From contig OW818690.1 in NCBI GenBank assembly GCA_942493315.1, positions 2,503,275 through 2,567,274 of the forward strand: DNA of 64,000 nt, written 5' to 3'. A program made the position numbers and the translations under genes. Within the stretch, counting starts at the first letter, position 1, and each line of letters starts with the position of its first letter. Shown piece after piece: positions 9,270 through 19,058 of this stretch. This DNA is from an uncultured Bacteroidota bacterium (GTDB lineage: Bacteria; Bacteroidota; Bacteroidia; Bacteroidales; WCHB1-69). The notes beneath the pieces were generated by a model. It was not told the DNA's origin, ran no database searches, and was given only the letters and a program-made list of their open reading frames with translations.

Positions 9270-9764
9270 ATGCGAGTTAGAAAAATTACCCCTCAATTGT
9301 CCACTTTACCGGAGTTAGAAGTGGATCTATCTCTGATTAGTCATATCATTGAAAAATATAAAGGAAAAATGGGCGGTTTGATCGCTCTGCTTCAAGAGAT
9401 TCAGGCTGTTTATAGCTATCTCCCAAAATCTGCCCTGATTTTGATCGAAAGAGAACTTTATATCCCTGTTAGTGAGCTATATGCAGTCGCTACTTTTTAT
9501 GCGCAATTTAAATTGAAACCTTCCGGTAAATACTCGATCAAAGTGTGTAAAGGGACCGCTTGCCACGTCCAAAATGCAAACGTTGTCTACAATGCCATAT
9601 CTGAACATTTACAAGTAGGGGAAGGGGAAACTACTCCTGATGGAAAATATACCCTCGAATCGGTTTCTTGCCTCGGTTGCTGCTCGTTAGCTCCTGCTAT
9701 GATGATCGGAGAAGATACCTACGGCAAATTAGATGCCAAAAAAGCAATCGAACCTTTGAAGTAA
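9270..9764 (+). CDS. NuoE/HydC-like [2Fe-2S] thioredoxin-like subunit
   Basis: CKGTACHV ... CLGCCSLAPAMMI cysteine pattern; size 164 aa. Confidence 0.9.
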   Translation: MRVRKITPQLSTLPELEVDLSLISHIIEKYKGKMGGLIALLQEIQAVYSYLPKSALILIERELYIPVSELYAVATFYAQFKLKPSGKYSIKVCKGTACHVQNANVVYNAISEHLQVGEGETTPDGKYTLESVSCLGCCSLAPAMMIGEDTYGKLDAKKAIEPLK

Positions 9765-9788
9765 TAAGACTCTGAAATAATTGATAAT

Positions 9789-11561
9789 ATGGATAAACTT
9801 ACTGTTAAAGTTGGCCTCGGAAGTTGCGGAATCGCAGCAGGCGCCCAAAAAGTATATCTCCGACTTGAAACCTATCTGCACGATCATCCGGGTGCTTTTG
9901 TTTTGGAGAAAACAAACTGTATAGGAATGTGTTATGCTGAACCATTGGTTCACATAGAACAGAGAAAAAATAACCTGATTTATGGTAGGGTGACCGAAAC
10001 AAAACTGGAAGAGATCATCACTTCCCATTTAACAGGTGGAAAAGTGGTGGAAGATGCCGTTATTTATTCTGAAAAATCGGAAGCTCCTGAAAATCAATTT
10101 ATACAGTCACAAGTGAAATGGGCTTTGCGCAACTGTGGAATCATCAATCCCGAGCTAATCGAAGAGTATAAAACTCGCGGAGGGTATCAGGCTATTTTGA
10201 AAGTGAAAGACTGGTCATCTGAACAGATTATTAATGAGATTTTGAAAAGTGGACTTCGTGGTCGTGGTGGTGGCGGTTTTCCTACAGGAATCAAATGGCA
10301 ACTGGCTGCTAAACAAGTCAATGATACCAAATATGTGGTTTGTAATGCTGATGAAGGAGATCCCGGAGCATTTATGGATCGTTCCATCCTGGAAGGGGAT
10401 CCGCATGGTGTGATTGAAGGAATGATCATTGCCGGAAAAGCAATTGGTGCTACACATGGTGTAATCTACTGTAGAGCGGAATATCCATTGGCTATCAAAC
10501 GATTAAAGTTGGCTATTGAACAAGCTAAAGCTAAGAATTACTTAGGAACCAATATCTTCGGAATAGAAGGCTTTGATTTCGACTTGTATATTAAAGAGGG
10601 TGCCGGCGCTTTTGTTTGCGGTGAAGAGACTGCTCTCTTAGCTTCTATTGAAGGAAAAAGAGGGATGCCTAACAAACGTCCACCATTCCCTGCAGAAAAA
10701 GGACTTTGGGGCTTTCCGACCAACATCAATAACGTGGAAACTTATGTAAATGTTCCTGCGATTATCTTAGCAGGTGCAGAAAAATATGCAGCACTGGGAA
10801 CTGAAAAAGCAAAAGGAACAAAAGTGTTTGCGGTAACCGGAAAAATCGCTAAATCAGGATTAGTGGAGGTTCCGATGGGAACTCCAATCAGTACCGTAAT
10901 ATATGATATCTGCGGTGGTGGTGCTAACGGAAAACAAATCAAAGCAGTGCAATTGGGCGGCCCTTCCGGTGGTTGTATTCCTGCAGATCTTCTGGATACC
11001 ATTATCGACTATGATGCGATCATCGAAACCGGTGCTATCATGGGATCAGGTGGAATGGTTGTAATGGATGAAACCACTTGTATGGTGGATGTTGCAAAGT
11101 TCTTCTTAACCTTTACTCAAAGTGAATCGTGCGGAAAATGTACATTTTGTCGCGTGGGTACTTTGAGAATGCTGGAGATTCTGGACCGGATAACCAAAGG
11201 TCAGGGAGTGATTGAAGATCTGGATCTATTGGAAGATTTAGCCATCGAAATCAAGAATAACTCCTTGTGCGGCTTGGGTCAGTCTGCTCCAAATCCTGTA
11301 CTTTCAACACTTCGATACTTCCGGGATGAATATGAAGCGCATATCATTGAAAAACGATGTCCAGCTTTAGAATGTACAGAACTGATACGTTATGAAGTGA
11401 TTGCTGATAAATGTATCGGTTGTACATTGTGCAAAAGAGCTTGTCCTACTAATGCAATTGATGGAGAAGTGAAGAAAATCCATTTTATCAGACAAGAGGA
11501 TTGTATTCGTTGCGGCGCATGTTTCCAAAAGTGTAAATCGGATGCTATTTTAAGATTTTAA
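9789..11561 (+). CDS. NuoF/HydB-like NAD(P)H- and FMN-binding Fe-S subunit
   Basis: N-terminal thioredoxin-like 2Fe-2S domain; GLRGRGGGGFPTG FMN site; ESCGKCTFCR cluster; two C-terminal CxxCxxCxxxCP ferredoxin motifs. Confidence 0.9.
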   Translation: MDKLTVKVGLGSCGIAAGAQKVYLRLETYLHDHPGAFVLEKTNCIGMCYAEPLVHIEQRKNNLIYGRVTETKLEEIITSHLTGGKVVEDAVIYSEKSEAPENQFIQSQVKWALRNCGIINPELIEEYKTRGGYQAILKVKDWSSEQIINEILKSGLRGRGGGGFPTGIKWQLAAKQVNDTKYVVCNADEGDPGAFMDRSILEGDPHGVIEGMIIAGKAIGATHGVIYCRAEYPLAIKRLKLAIEQAKAKNYLGTNIFGIEGFDFDLYIKEGAGAFVCGEETALLASIEGKRGMPNKRPPFPAEKGLWGFPTNINNVETYVNVPAIILAGAEKYAALGTEKAKGTKVFAVTGKIAKSGLVEVPMGTPISTVIYDICGGGANGKQIKAVQLGGPSGGCIPADLLDTIIDYDAIIETGAIMGSGGMVVMDETTCMVDVAKFFLTFTQSESCGKCTFCRVGTLRMLEILDRITKGQGVIEDLDLLEDLAIEIKNNSLCGLGQSAPNPVLSTLRYFRDEYEAHIIEKRCPALECTELIRYEVIADKCIGCTLCKRACPTNAIDGEVKKIHFIRQEDCIRCGACFQKCKSDAILRF

Positions 11562-11594
11562 TTTCAAGAATAAACGATCATTAATTGAAACCCA

Positions 11595-14500
11595 ATGAGT
11601 GAATTAATCAATATAAAATTAAACGGTAATAAATTAAAAGTTTCCCCGGGTGAAACCATTTTAAATATTTGTCTGGAACAAGGTTACGATATTCCTCACC
11701 TTTGCCATGATCCCAAACTGAAACCATTTTCATCCTGTTTTGTTTGTGTGGTGGAGATTAAAGGATATAAATCTCATCAACCTTCCTGTTCAACGATAGT
11801 TCAAGAGGGAATGGAGATCTATACGGATACTGCTGAAGTGAGAAAATCACGAAAAATGGCTTTAGAGTTAATGTTGAGTAATCACTATGCCGACTGTTTG
11901 GCTCCTTGTACTCAAACCTGTCCAGCAGGTGTTGATATTCAAGGATATCTCTCTTTAACCGAGAAAGGTTTGTTTCAACAAGCAGTTGAGTTGATCAAGG
12001 AAACAAACCCATTACCAGCTATTTGCGGTCGTGTTTGTGTACGACCTTGTGAAGATAAATGCCGCAGACAATATACTGATGATGGATCTCCTGTTGGGAT
12101 CGATTACCTCAAAAGATTTGTTTCTGACTTTGATTTAGTTTCTGAATCTCCTGTTACTCCAAAAGTGAAAGAATCTACCGGTAAAAAAGTGGCGATTATT
12201 GGTTCCGGTCCTGCAGGATTAACAGCTGCTTATTACCTTCAAATTGAGGGTGTGCAGGCTGATATTTATGAAAAAGCCGAAGGAGTAGGAGGGTGGTTGC
12301 GCTACGGAATCCCTGAATACAGATTACCTAATGCTATCGTAGATCAGGAAGTGGCCAATATTACAAAATTGGGCGTTCAGATCTTTACGAATCAAGAGTT
12401 GGGCGTAAATCTACAATATGAAACCTTAGATCAAAATTATGATGCTGTTTTCATGGCCATCGGTGCTCAAAACGGTGATTTATTAGGTATAGGCGAAAAA
12501 AATGCTCCCAATTTAGTATCAGGAATCGATTTTTTAAAGAATAATGCCTTAACCAATAATGAAACTAACCTTACTGGGAAACGTGTAGTCGTGGTAGGTG
12601 GTGGAAATACAGCGATGGATTGTTGTCGCTCAGCCCGTAGATGTGGAAGTGAAGATGTAATTGTGTTATACCGCAGAACAGAAGCAGATATGCCGGCTAA
12701 TCCAATAGAAATTCACGAATCTAAATTAGAAGGGGTTCAGTACATTTTTCTTGCAGCTCCTGTTGATGTTTATTATGATGAGCAAGGTAATCTTACCGGT
12801 TTGAAATGCATCAAAATGAAAGCTGAAAAGGTGCCTGGCTCTAGAAGATCCAATATTGTTCCTATCGAAGGTTCTGAATTTGACCTTCCTTGCGATTTGG
12901 TTTTGCCTGCTACCGGTCAGAAGATTCAGTATGAAGTGTTAGATCATATCAATCAATATTATCCTGATCAGGATCTTCAGTTAAACAAGTGGAAAACCCT
13001 TGATGCCGACGAATCTACGATGCAAATGAATATTCCAAAGATATTCGCTGCAGGTGATGCAGTTACGGGTCCAACCAATATCATTCAAGCGATTGCCGGT
13101 GGTAAAAAAGCGGCTCAGTATCTGACTGCTTTCGTTTTAGGTTTGCCTTTTGAAATCCCTAAAAAACCATTTATTAGTACCAAAGATTCTTTTGCTAAAC
13201 AATCGAAAGAGTTGTATTTGAATAAGTTTGAATATCAACCAAAAAACGAAATGCCCGTTCTTGAATCTCAAAAAAGAGATAATTTTAAAGAAGTTGAACT
13301 TGGATATCAATCTGTTGAAGAGGTTCAAAATGAGGTGGCCAGATGTCTGGAGTGTGGTTGTGTAGCTTTTTATGATTGTGATTTGCAGAAGTATTCTACT
13401 GAATATGAAGCAGTTCAAACTCATTATAAAGGGGATTATCAGGTGTTTGAAAGAACAACAGCTCATGAAAAATTAGAGCTGGATAATCACAAATGTATCC
13501 TTTGCGGTCGCTGTGTGAGAGTTTGTAAAGAGTATTCCGGAAATCGGGTGTGGGAGTTCTTTAAAAGAGGTTCCAAAACATACATTTCAGTGAATATGGA
13601 AAACGATCTCTCTGAATCTAATTGTGATGCCTGCGGATTATGTATTGATACTTGTCCAACAGGTGCTTTAACAGAAAACTTTTCTTTCAAAATATTACCT
13701 GCTCCTTTTGAAAAGTTACCGGTTATCGACCCATTCGGATCTGAAGGTTTTGAAGCAGATCTCCTTGAATATAAAGGAAATATTTATGGAGCTACAGCCA
13801 GAATCGGAATCGTAAATCATAAAGGATTGATTAATAGAGATCTATTTTTTAATTATCCTATTTTTAATAAATCGAACCGAATCAAATCGCCAATGGAGAG
13901 AGTGAATGGTAAATTGGTGCCGATCACTTTACAACAAGCTCTTGAAAAAATTAAAAAAGCGGTCAGACAAGTAGATAATGCAGATAACATTTTGTTGGTT
14001 TCTCCTGAAATGACCAACGAAGCAATGTATATGGTTCAAAAGTGGGCAAGAGTTGGTTTACAAACCAATTCTATTGGATCACCCTATTTTATGAACCGAT
14101 CTAAAGCTTCCAATTTAGATAAAAATGATATTTTACCACTTCAAGAACTCGAAGGTGCAAAACAAATTTTTGTTTTAGGTGGCAATCTTCCTCAGGATCA
14201 TCCTGTTATAAGTCATTTAATTCAAAATCATCGTTATTTTCATAAATCTGAAATCACTTTTATTACACCCGAACAAAACCATCCCTATAGTTTCCGTACT
14301 GATCATACTTTGAAAATTGCTGATTTATACTATTTTATTAAAGCAGTTTGTCATTATTTGGTTCATACTGAAAAAATGTTCGGAATTTTTGTAAATGGAT
14401 TAGCTAAAGAGTGGACATCCTATCGCGAGGCAATTTTAAATTATGATTATGAAGATTTACTAATTAAAGCAGGTGTGGATGAATCAATGATTGAAAATTT

Positions 14501-15194
14501 TGCACAAATATTGATCAATATTCCTGAAACAGCTTTTATCCTTTCTGAAAAGAATACAGATGAAAAAACCATGACAGAACTCAAGAATTTGATGTTACTG
14601 ACTGAAAAACAAGGAAAAACTTTTTCAGGTATGGTTGTTTTAAAAGCGGCATGTAACACTCAAGGTTTGTTTGATATGGGTATTTACCCGGATTATGGTC
14701 CTGGATTTAGAAAAATGGAGGGTTCCTATTTAGAATTGTTGAAAAATCATTGGCACACTTCCCGCTTATCTACTCAGTTTGCATGCCCAGGTGAAGCATT
14801 AGAAAAAAAATCTTCAAAAAATCTATTTATTTTTGGTCTGAATGTGATTCATGATACTCCTGAGCTTAATGATATGATCAAAAAATGTAGTTTTATTTGT
14901 GTTCAATCTCTTTTTGAAAATGAAACCACTCAAATGGCCGATTTAGTTTTACCTATGAATTTTGCCATTGAAATTGGTGGTAGTTTTACTTCCTCTTTTA
15001 AAGTAGCACAAACATTTCAGGCTGTTAAAAAATCAAAAATTGATTGGAATGATTATCAATTTTATGCTCAATTGCATCAATCATTTGATATTCAATCACC
15101 TAAACATTATTCCGAAATCTTTTTAGAGATGATCTCGTTATTACAACCTTCGTGTTGTAGTGATAATAGACATTGTTTTATAATAAATAATTAA
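11595..15194 (+). CDS. Fusion protein: NuoG-type 2Fe-2S + GltD/NfnB-like FAD/NAD(P)H domain + 4Fe-4S clusters + molybdopterin-oxidoreductase-like C-terminal domain
   Basis: N-terminal 2Fe-2S ferredoxin fold; GltD signatures (CPAGVDIQ, AICGRVCVRPCE, VAIIGSGPAGLTAA, VVVVGGGNTAMDC, FAAGDAVTG); HKCILCGRCVRVC and CDACGLCIDTCPTGA; NuoG/FdhA-like tail of about 500 aa. Confidence 0.8.
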   Translation: MSELINIKLNGNKLKVSPGETILNICLEQGYDIPHLCHDPKLKPFSSCFVCVVEIKGYKSHQPSCSTIVQEGMEIYTDTAEVRKSRKMALELMLSNHYADCLAPCTQTCPAGVDIQGYLSLTEKGLFQQAVELIKETNPLPAICGRVCVRPCEDKCRRQYTDDGSPVGIDYLKRFVSDFDLVSESPVTPKVKESTGKKVAIIGSGPAGLTAAYYLQIEGVQADIYEKAEGVGGWLRYGIPEYRLPNAIVDQEVANITKLGVQIFTNQELGVNLQYETLDQNYDAVFMAIGAQNGDLLGIGEKNAPNLVSGIDFLKNNALTNNETNLTGKRVVVVGGGNTAMDCCRSARRCGSEDVIVLYRRTEADMPANPIEIHESKLEGVQYIFLAAPVDVYYDEQGNLTGLKCIKMKAEKVPGSRRSNIVPIEGSEFDLPCDLVLPATGQKIQYEVLDHINQYYPDQDLQLNKWKTLDADESTMQMNIPKIFAAGDAVTGPTNIIQAIAGGKKAAQYLTAFVLGLPFEIPKKPFISTKDSFAKQSKELYLNKFEYQPKNEMPVLESQKRDNFKEVELGYQSVEEVQNEVARCLECGCVAFYDCDLQKYSTEYEAVQTHYKGDYQVFERTTAHEKLELDNHKCILCGRCVRVCKEYSGNRVWEFFKRGSKTYISVNMENDLSESNCDACGLCIDTCPTGALTENFSFKILPAPFEKLPVIDPFGSEGFEADLLEYKGNIYGATARIGIVNHKGLINRDLFFNYPIFNKSNRIKSPMERVNGKLVPITLQQALEKIKKAVRQVDNADNILLVSPEMTNEAMYMVQKWARVGLQTNSIGSPYFMNRSKASNLDKNDILPLQELEGAKQIFVLGGNLPQDHPVISHLIQNHRYFHKSEITFITPEQNHPYSFRTDHTLKIADLYYFIKAVCHYLVHTEKMFGIFVNGLAKEWTSYREAILNYDYEDLLIKAGVDESMIENFAQILINIPETAFILSEKNTDEKTMTELKNLMLLTEKQGKTFSGMVVLKAACNTQGLFDMGIYPDYGPGFRKMEGSYLELLKNHWHTSRLSTQFACPGEALEKKSSKNLFIFGLNVIHDTPELNDMIKKCSFICVQSLFENETTQMADLVLPMNFAIEIGGSFTSSFKVAQTFQAVKKSKIDWNDYQFYAQLHQSFDIQSPKHYSEIFLEMISLLQPSCCSDNRHCFIINN

Positions 15195-15195
15195 A

Positions 15196-15759
15196 ATGCC
15201 CTTTTTTGAAATCTTCTTAATAGCTTTAGGCTTATCCATGGATAGTTTAGCCGTTTCAATTGCTGCCGGTACTTGTACATGTAAGAAAGAGATTCCCTAT
15301 AAAAATTATCTTAAAATTGGCCTTTTTATGGGCTTTTTCCAAGGTTTTATGCCTTTTATAGGATGGTTGTTAGGTACTTCTTTTTCTAAACAAATCTCCT
15401 CCTTTGATCATTGGGTAGCATTTGCTCTTTTAGTATTTATTGGTGGAAAAATGGTGTTTGAAGGACTTTCATCGAAAGAAAAAGAAAAATGTATCAATTT
15501 TAATGATAATAAAACACTATTGGTGTTGGCCATTGCAACCAGTATCGATGCCTTAGCTGTAGGTATTTCTTTTGCAATGCTACAGATTAATGTTTTTGTT
15601 CCGATTCTTTTTATTGGAGTGTTTACTTTTATCGTTTCATTTTTAGGAACTATATTTGGGCACCATTTTGGGAATAAAGTGAATCTGAAAATTGAAATAA
15701 TTGGTGGGCTAATTCTGGTAGGAGTGGGAGTTAAAATATTATTAGAACACTTACTATAA
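15196..15759 (+). CDS. mntP: Manganese efflux pump MntP
   Basis: LGLSMDSLAVSIAAG and SIDALAVGISFA duplicated motif; 6 TM segments; starts 1 nt after the upstream stop. Confidence 0.8.
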   Translation: MPFFEIFLIALGLSMDSLAVSIAAGTCTCKKEIPYKNYLKIGLFMGFFQGFMPFIGWLLGTSFSKQISSFDHWVAFALLVFIGGKMVFEGLSSKEKEKCINFNDNKTLLVLAIATSIDALAVGISFAMLQINVFVPILFIGVFTFIVSFLGTIFGHHFGNKVNLKIEIIGGLILVGVGVKILLEHLL

Positions 15760-15778
15760 ACTATATTTATAAAATCGG

Positions 15779-15786
15779 TATCTTTG
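15779..15786 (+). promoter_or_regulatory. Bacteroidota-type -7 box TATCTTTG
   Basis: TAnnTTTG match 71 nt upstream of the ATG at 15857. Confidence 0.45.
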
Positions 15787-15856
15787 CAGGTTAAATTTTG
15801 TAACAATTTTTCTAAAAAAACATATAATATAGACTAAAATTTTTTTCTCAACAACT

Positions 15857-17056
15857 ATGAATAAAATCATTGAACAATTTTCAGATAAAGACCACTCACA
15901 AAACGAAAATCTGGATCAGTATCTGGAAATGGATATTCGTGCCGGTGTTTCTGCTGAAACAAATAAAATAACTGAAAATTCCTTTCTTTCAAGAGGAATT
16001 ACTGAAAAACCAAATATTGAAGAATCTCATTGCCAAGGATATAAGTACTCTTGTTGTAAATTAGCCAATTATGACTGGATTGAAAAGCTCGATCTACCTA
16101 TGACTTTTAAAGAGTATCCTATTGCGGAGGTTAGATTTAAAAACAGCCATAAAGATTTCTATGTTTTACCGGAAGAGGGAATCTATCAAGTAGGTGATAT
16201 TGTTGCTGTTGAATCCAATCCGGGACACGATATAGGGATTGTTTCATTATTGGGTTTGACAGTGAAAAGACAACTCGCTAATAGAAAAGTGAGACCGGAT
16301 GATGTTACTAAAAAGTTGTACCGGCATGCTCGTGTTGCCGATATTGACAAATGGATTACCACCGTGGATTTAGAACATACAACCATGTTATCATCACGAT
16401 ATATTGCTTGGGATTTTGATTTGAAAATGAAAGTGAATGATGTGGAGTATCAAGGAGATGGAACTAAAGCAATTTTTTATTATTCTGCTGAAGAGCGCGT
16501 AGACTTTAGAGAGTTGATCAAAATTTTAGCTGAACAGTTTAAAATCAGAATTGAAATGAGACAAATAGGGGTTCGTCAGGAAGCCGCCCGTTTAGGTGGA
16601 ATTGGCTCTTGCGGAAGAGAACTCTGCTGCTCCTCCTGGTTAACTAATTTCCAATCTGTATCAACCGTTTCTGCTCGTACACAACAATTATCATTGAATC
16701 CCAAAAAGTTAGCCGGAATGTGTGGTAAATTAAAATGTTGCCTCAATTTTGAACAGGAAACCTACTTACAGGAACTTAAAGCTTTTCCGGCTCCCAATAT
16801 ACATTTGAATACTAAAAAAGGGAAAGGATTCTATAATAAAATTGATATCTTTAAAAAAATTGTCTGGTACAATTATGCCAATGATAATTCTACCATTTTT
16901 GCTATTCCTTTAGAAGCTGTTAATAAAATTATTGATATGAATAAAAAGGGTAAGTATCCTGAATCCTTAGAGGAGTTTGCTGTAGTGAATCAAAAGAAAG
17001 TGGATGAAGGATCTAATTATAGTCTTGATGAACTTAAAAATATTGAGGATAGATAG
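15857..17056 (+). CDS. PSP1 domain protein (RicT/YaaT-like)
   Basis: GSCGRELCCSSWLTNFQSVS ... GMCGKLKCCLNFE cysteine-rich PSP1 C-terminal signature. Confidence 0.8.
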   Translation: MNKIIEQFSDKDHSQNENLDQYLEMDIRAGVSAETNKITENSFLSRGITEKPNIEESHCQGYKYSCCKLANYDWIEKLDLPMTFKEYPIAEVRFKNSHKDFYVLPEEGIYQVGDIVAVESNPGHDIGIVSLLGLTVKRQLANRKVRPDDVTKKLYRHARVADIDKWITTVDLEHTTMLSSRYIAWDFDLKMKVNDVEYQGDGTKAIFYYSAEERVDFRELIKILAEQFKIRIEMRQIGVRQEAARLGGIGSCGRELCCSSWLTNFQSVSTVSARTQQLSLNPKKLAGMCGKLKCCLNFEQETYLQELKAFPAPNIHLNTKKGKGFYNKIDIFKKIVWYNYANDNSTIFAIPLEAVNKIIDMNKKGKYPESLEEFAVVNQKKVDEGSNYSLDELKNIEDR

Positions 17057-17057
17057 T

Positions 17058-17537
17058 ATGAAACCAAAAGGGTTGTTATTCATTTTAATAGCAGTTATAT
17101 CCATTTCTTGTAATCATAATGTTTTTTACGAGAAAATAGATTCCATTGAAAATGAAACCTGGAATATGAATCAGAAATTGGTGTATGAGTTTGATATTAA
17201 GGATTCTACACAGTTTTATGATATCTATTTTAATGTCAGAAATACAACCGATTATCCTTATCAAAACTTATATGTTTTTTTAAATAATCAATTTCCAACC
17301 GGAAAAGAGATGATGGATACTTTAGGATGTAATTTATGCGATCCTTTCGGGAAATGGTATGGAAAAGGGGAGGGTAGAATCAAGGAAAATAAATTTTTGC
17401 TTCGTAAAAAAGTGAGATTTCAAAAAAAAGGTTCTTATGTGTTCACGGTTCAACATGCCATGAGAGATGAAAACCTAAAAGGAATAGCCAGTTTTGGAAT
17501 CACTTTTGAACATTCAAAAATTGAAAAAAATAAATAA
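17058..17537 (+). CDS. gldH: Gliding motility/T9SS-associated lipoprotein GldH
   Basis: Lipoprotein signal LFILIAVISISC from the ATG at 17058 (in-frame within ORF 17004..17537). DYPYQNLYVFL ... KGSYVFTVQHAMR pattern; usual position after the PSP1 gene. Confidence 0.8.
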   Translation: MKPKGLLFILIAVISISCNHNVFYEKIDSIENETWNMNQKLVYEFDIKDSTQFYDIYFNVRNTTDYPYQNLYVFLNNQFPTGKEMMDTLGCNLCDPFGKWYGKGEGRIKENKFLLRKKVRFQKKGSYVFTVQHAMRDENLKGIASFGITFEHSKIEKNK

Positions 17538-17591
17538 TAAAGTGTCAATGGATTCGTTTTTTTTTAATAATTTCGCAACAAAATAATTGTC

Positions 17592-18257
17592 ATGAGTTCT
17601 CACAAAAATTCTGAACATACTAAACATAAATCTTCGGGTGTACCTAAGTTTTTTCTCGGGTTCTCCTTAGGAATATTAATTTGTGTTCTTGCTGTTTTTG
17701 TTGTAAAAAACTCCAGATTTTTCTCCAATATGGAGCAATTAGATCTTTTTAATGAAAATTCTGATCAACAATTAACAGAACAGGTTCAACAACCTAAGAA
17801 AAAAGTGAAAAAAAGAGTGGATGACAATATGTCTGTTCAGGATTCCACTTTAATTGATTCTTCTATGGTTGTAGTCATTGATGATGATCAATTGTATGAT
17901 GATGCAGAATTTACTGTTGATCCAAATGTGTCAGAAAATGATATCGTGGAAGAAAAATTATTGCAAACCAAAACGATTAAAGTACACGTTAAAAATCAAC
18001 AATTGGATGATTTGGGTTCTGCTCCCGACAATACCATAGCCTATTTTGAAGTTCAGAAATGGGAATCCCCTATTGTGAATAGAATATCTTACCAAAGAAA
18101 TCATAATGTTTTGAAAGTAAAAGGGATGGATATTGCAAGAATCAATATCTTTTACATCAACGGTAAATATTATATTTCTGATGGTTCCAGATTATTTGCC
18201 ATTCCAAATAATAATACATTTGAGAAATTGTCTGAAATCAATATCGCCAATTTGTAA
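17592..18257 (+). CDS. Hypothetical membrane-anchored protein
   Basis: Single N-terminal TM segment; no motif recognised. Confidence 0.5.
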   Translation: MSSHKNSEHTKHKSSGVPKFFLGFSLGILICVLAVFVVKNSRFFSNMEQLDLFNENSDQQLTEQVQQPKKKVKKRVDDNMSVQDSTLIDSSMVVVIDDDQLYDDAEFTVDPNVSENDIVEEKLLQTKTIKVHVKNQQLDDLGSAPDNTIAYFEVQKWESPIVNRISYQRNHNVLKVKGMDIARINIFYINGKYYISDGSRLFAIPNNNTFEKLSEINIANL

Positions 18258-19058
18258 ATGAAAATCACATTTTATAAGTATCATGGTGCAGGCAACGATT
18301 TTGTAGCCATAGACAATAGAATTTATCAAAATTTTTCTTCTGAAACAATTCGGTTTTTATGTGATCGGAAGTTTGGTATTGGTGCAGATGGTGTTTTACT
18401 GATCCAAAATGGTACCAATAACGTTGATTTTCATCTGGATTATTACAATTCTGATGGAAATGTAGGTTCACTGTGTGGCAATGGAAGTCGCTGTGCAGTT
18501 GCTTTTGCCCACGATTTAAAAATCATTCAATCCAAAACCCTTTTCAGTGCTTTTGATGGTATTCATGAAGGTTGCTATCAAAATGAAGAGGATGTATGGG
18601 TTTCCATGAACGATGTAAATACCATTGCATTTTTGGAAGATGGTTATTCTTTAAACACTGGATCTCCCCATTTTGTTACTTATGTGGATGATATTCAAAA
18701 TGTTGATGTGTACAATTCCGGTAAAAAAATCAGAAACGATACTCGCTTTCCGGATGGAATTAATGTAAATTTTGTTTCACCATTTCAAGATGGTATTTTC
18801 GTAAGAACTTTTGAAAGAGGTGTTGAAAATGAAACATTGTCTTGCGGTACAGGCGTAACAGCCTCTGCATTAATACATACTATCCATCAGAACTATCCCG
18901 ACGGATCACATCAGGTCAAACTTTATGCGACCGGTGGTAATTTTATTATATCCCTAAACAAAAAGAGCACTCATTTCACTAATATTATCCTCCAAGGACC
19001 CACCAAATTCGTTTTTAAAGGGGAGATTGAAATGAGCAAATTAGCAAATGGGTTTTAA
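18258..19058 (+). CDS. dapF: Diaminopimelate epimerase
   Basis: YHGAGNDFV, CGNGSRC, SPHFV and ETLSCGTG motifs. The last codons are encoded by the TTAGCAAA/GGGTTTT repeat module. Confidence 0.9.
   Translation: MKITFYKYHGAGNDFVAIDNRIYQNFSSETIRFLCDRKFGIGADGVLLIQNGTNNVDFHLDYYNSDGNVGSLCGNGSRCAVAFAHDLKIIQSKTLFSAFDGIHEGCYQNEEDVWVSMNDVNTIAFLEDGYSLNTGSPHFVTYVDDIQNVDVYNSGKKIRNDTRFPDGINVNFVSPFQDGIFVRTFERGVENETLSCGTGVTASALIHTIHQNYPDGSHQVKLYATGGNFIISLNKKSTHFTNIILQGPTKFVFKGEIEMSKLANGF

Noticed and set aside
10187-11002. Antisense ORFs within the NuoF-like gene (10187..10429, 10215..10457, 10538..10729, 10742..11002), with similar cases at 13137..13466, 15408..15806, 45647..46168, 46558..46830 and 52481..52852
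   Set aside because: Each lies entirely inside a well-supported gene on the opposite strand and has no motif. These are typical shadow ORFs.
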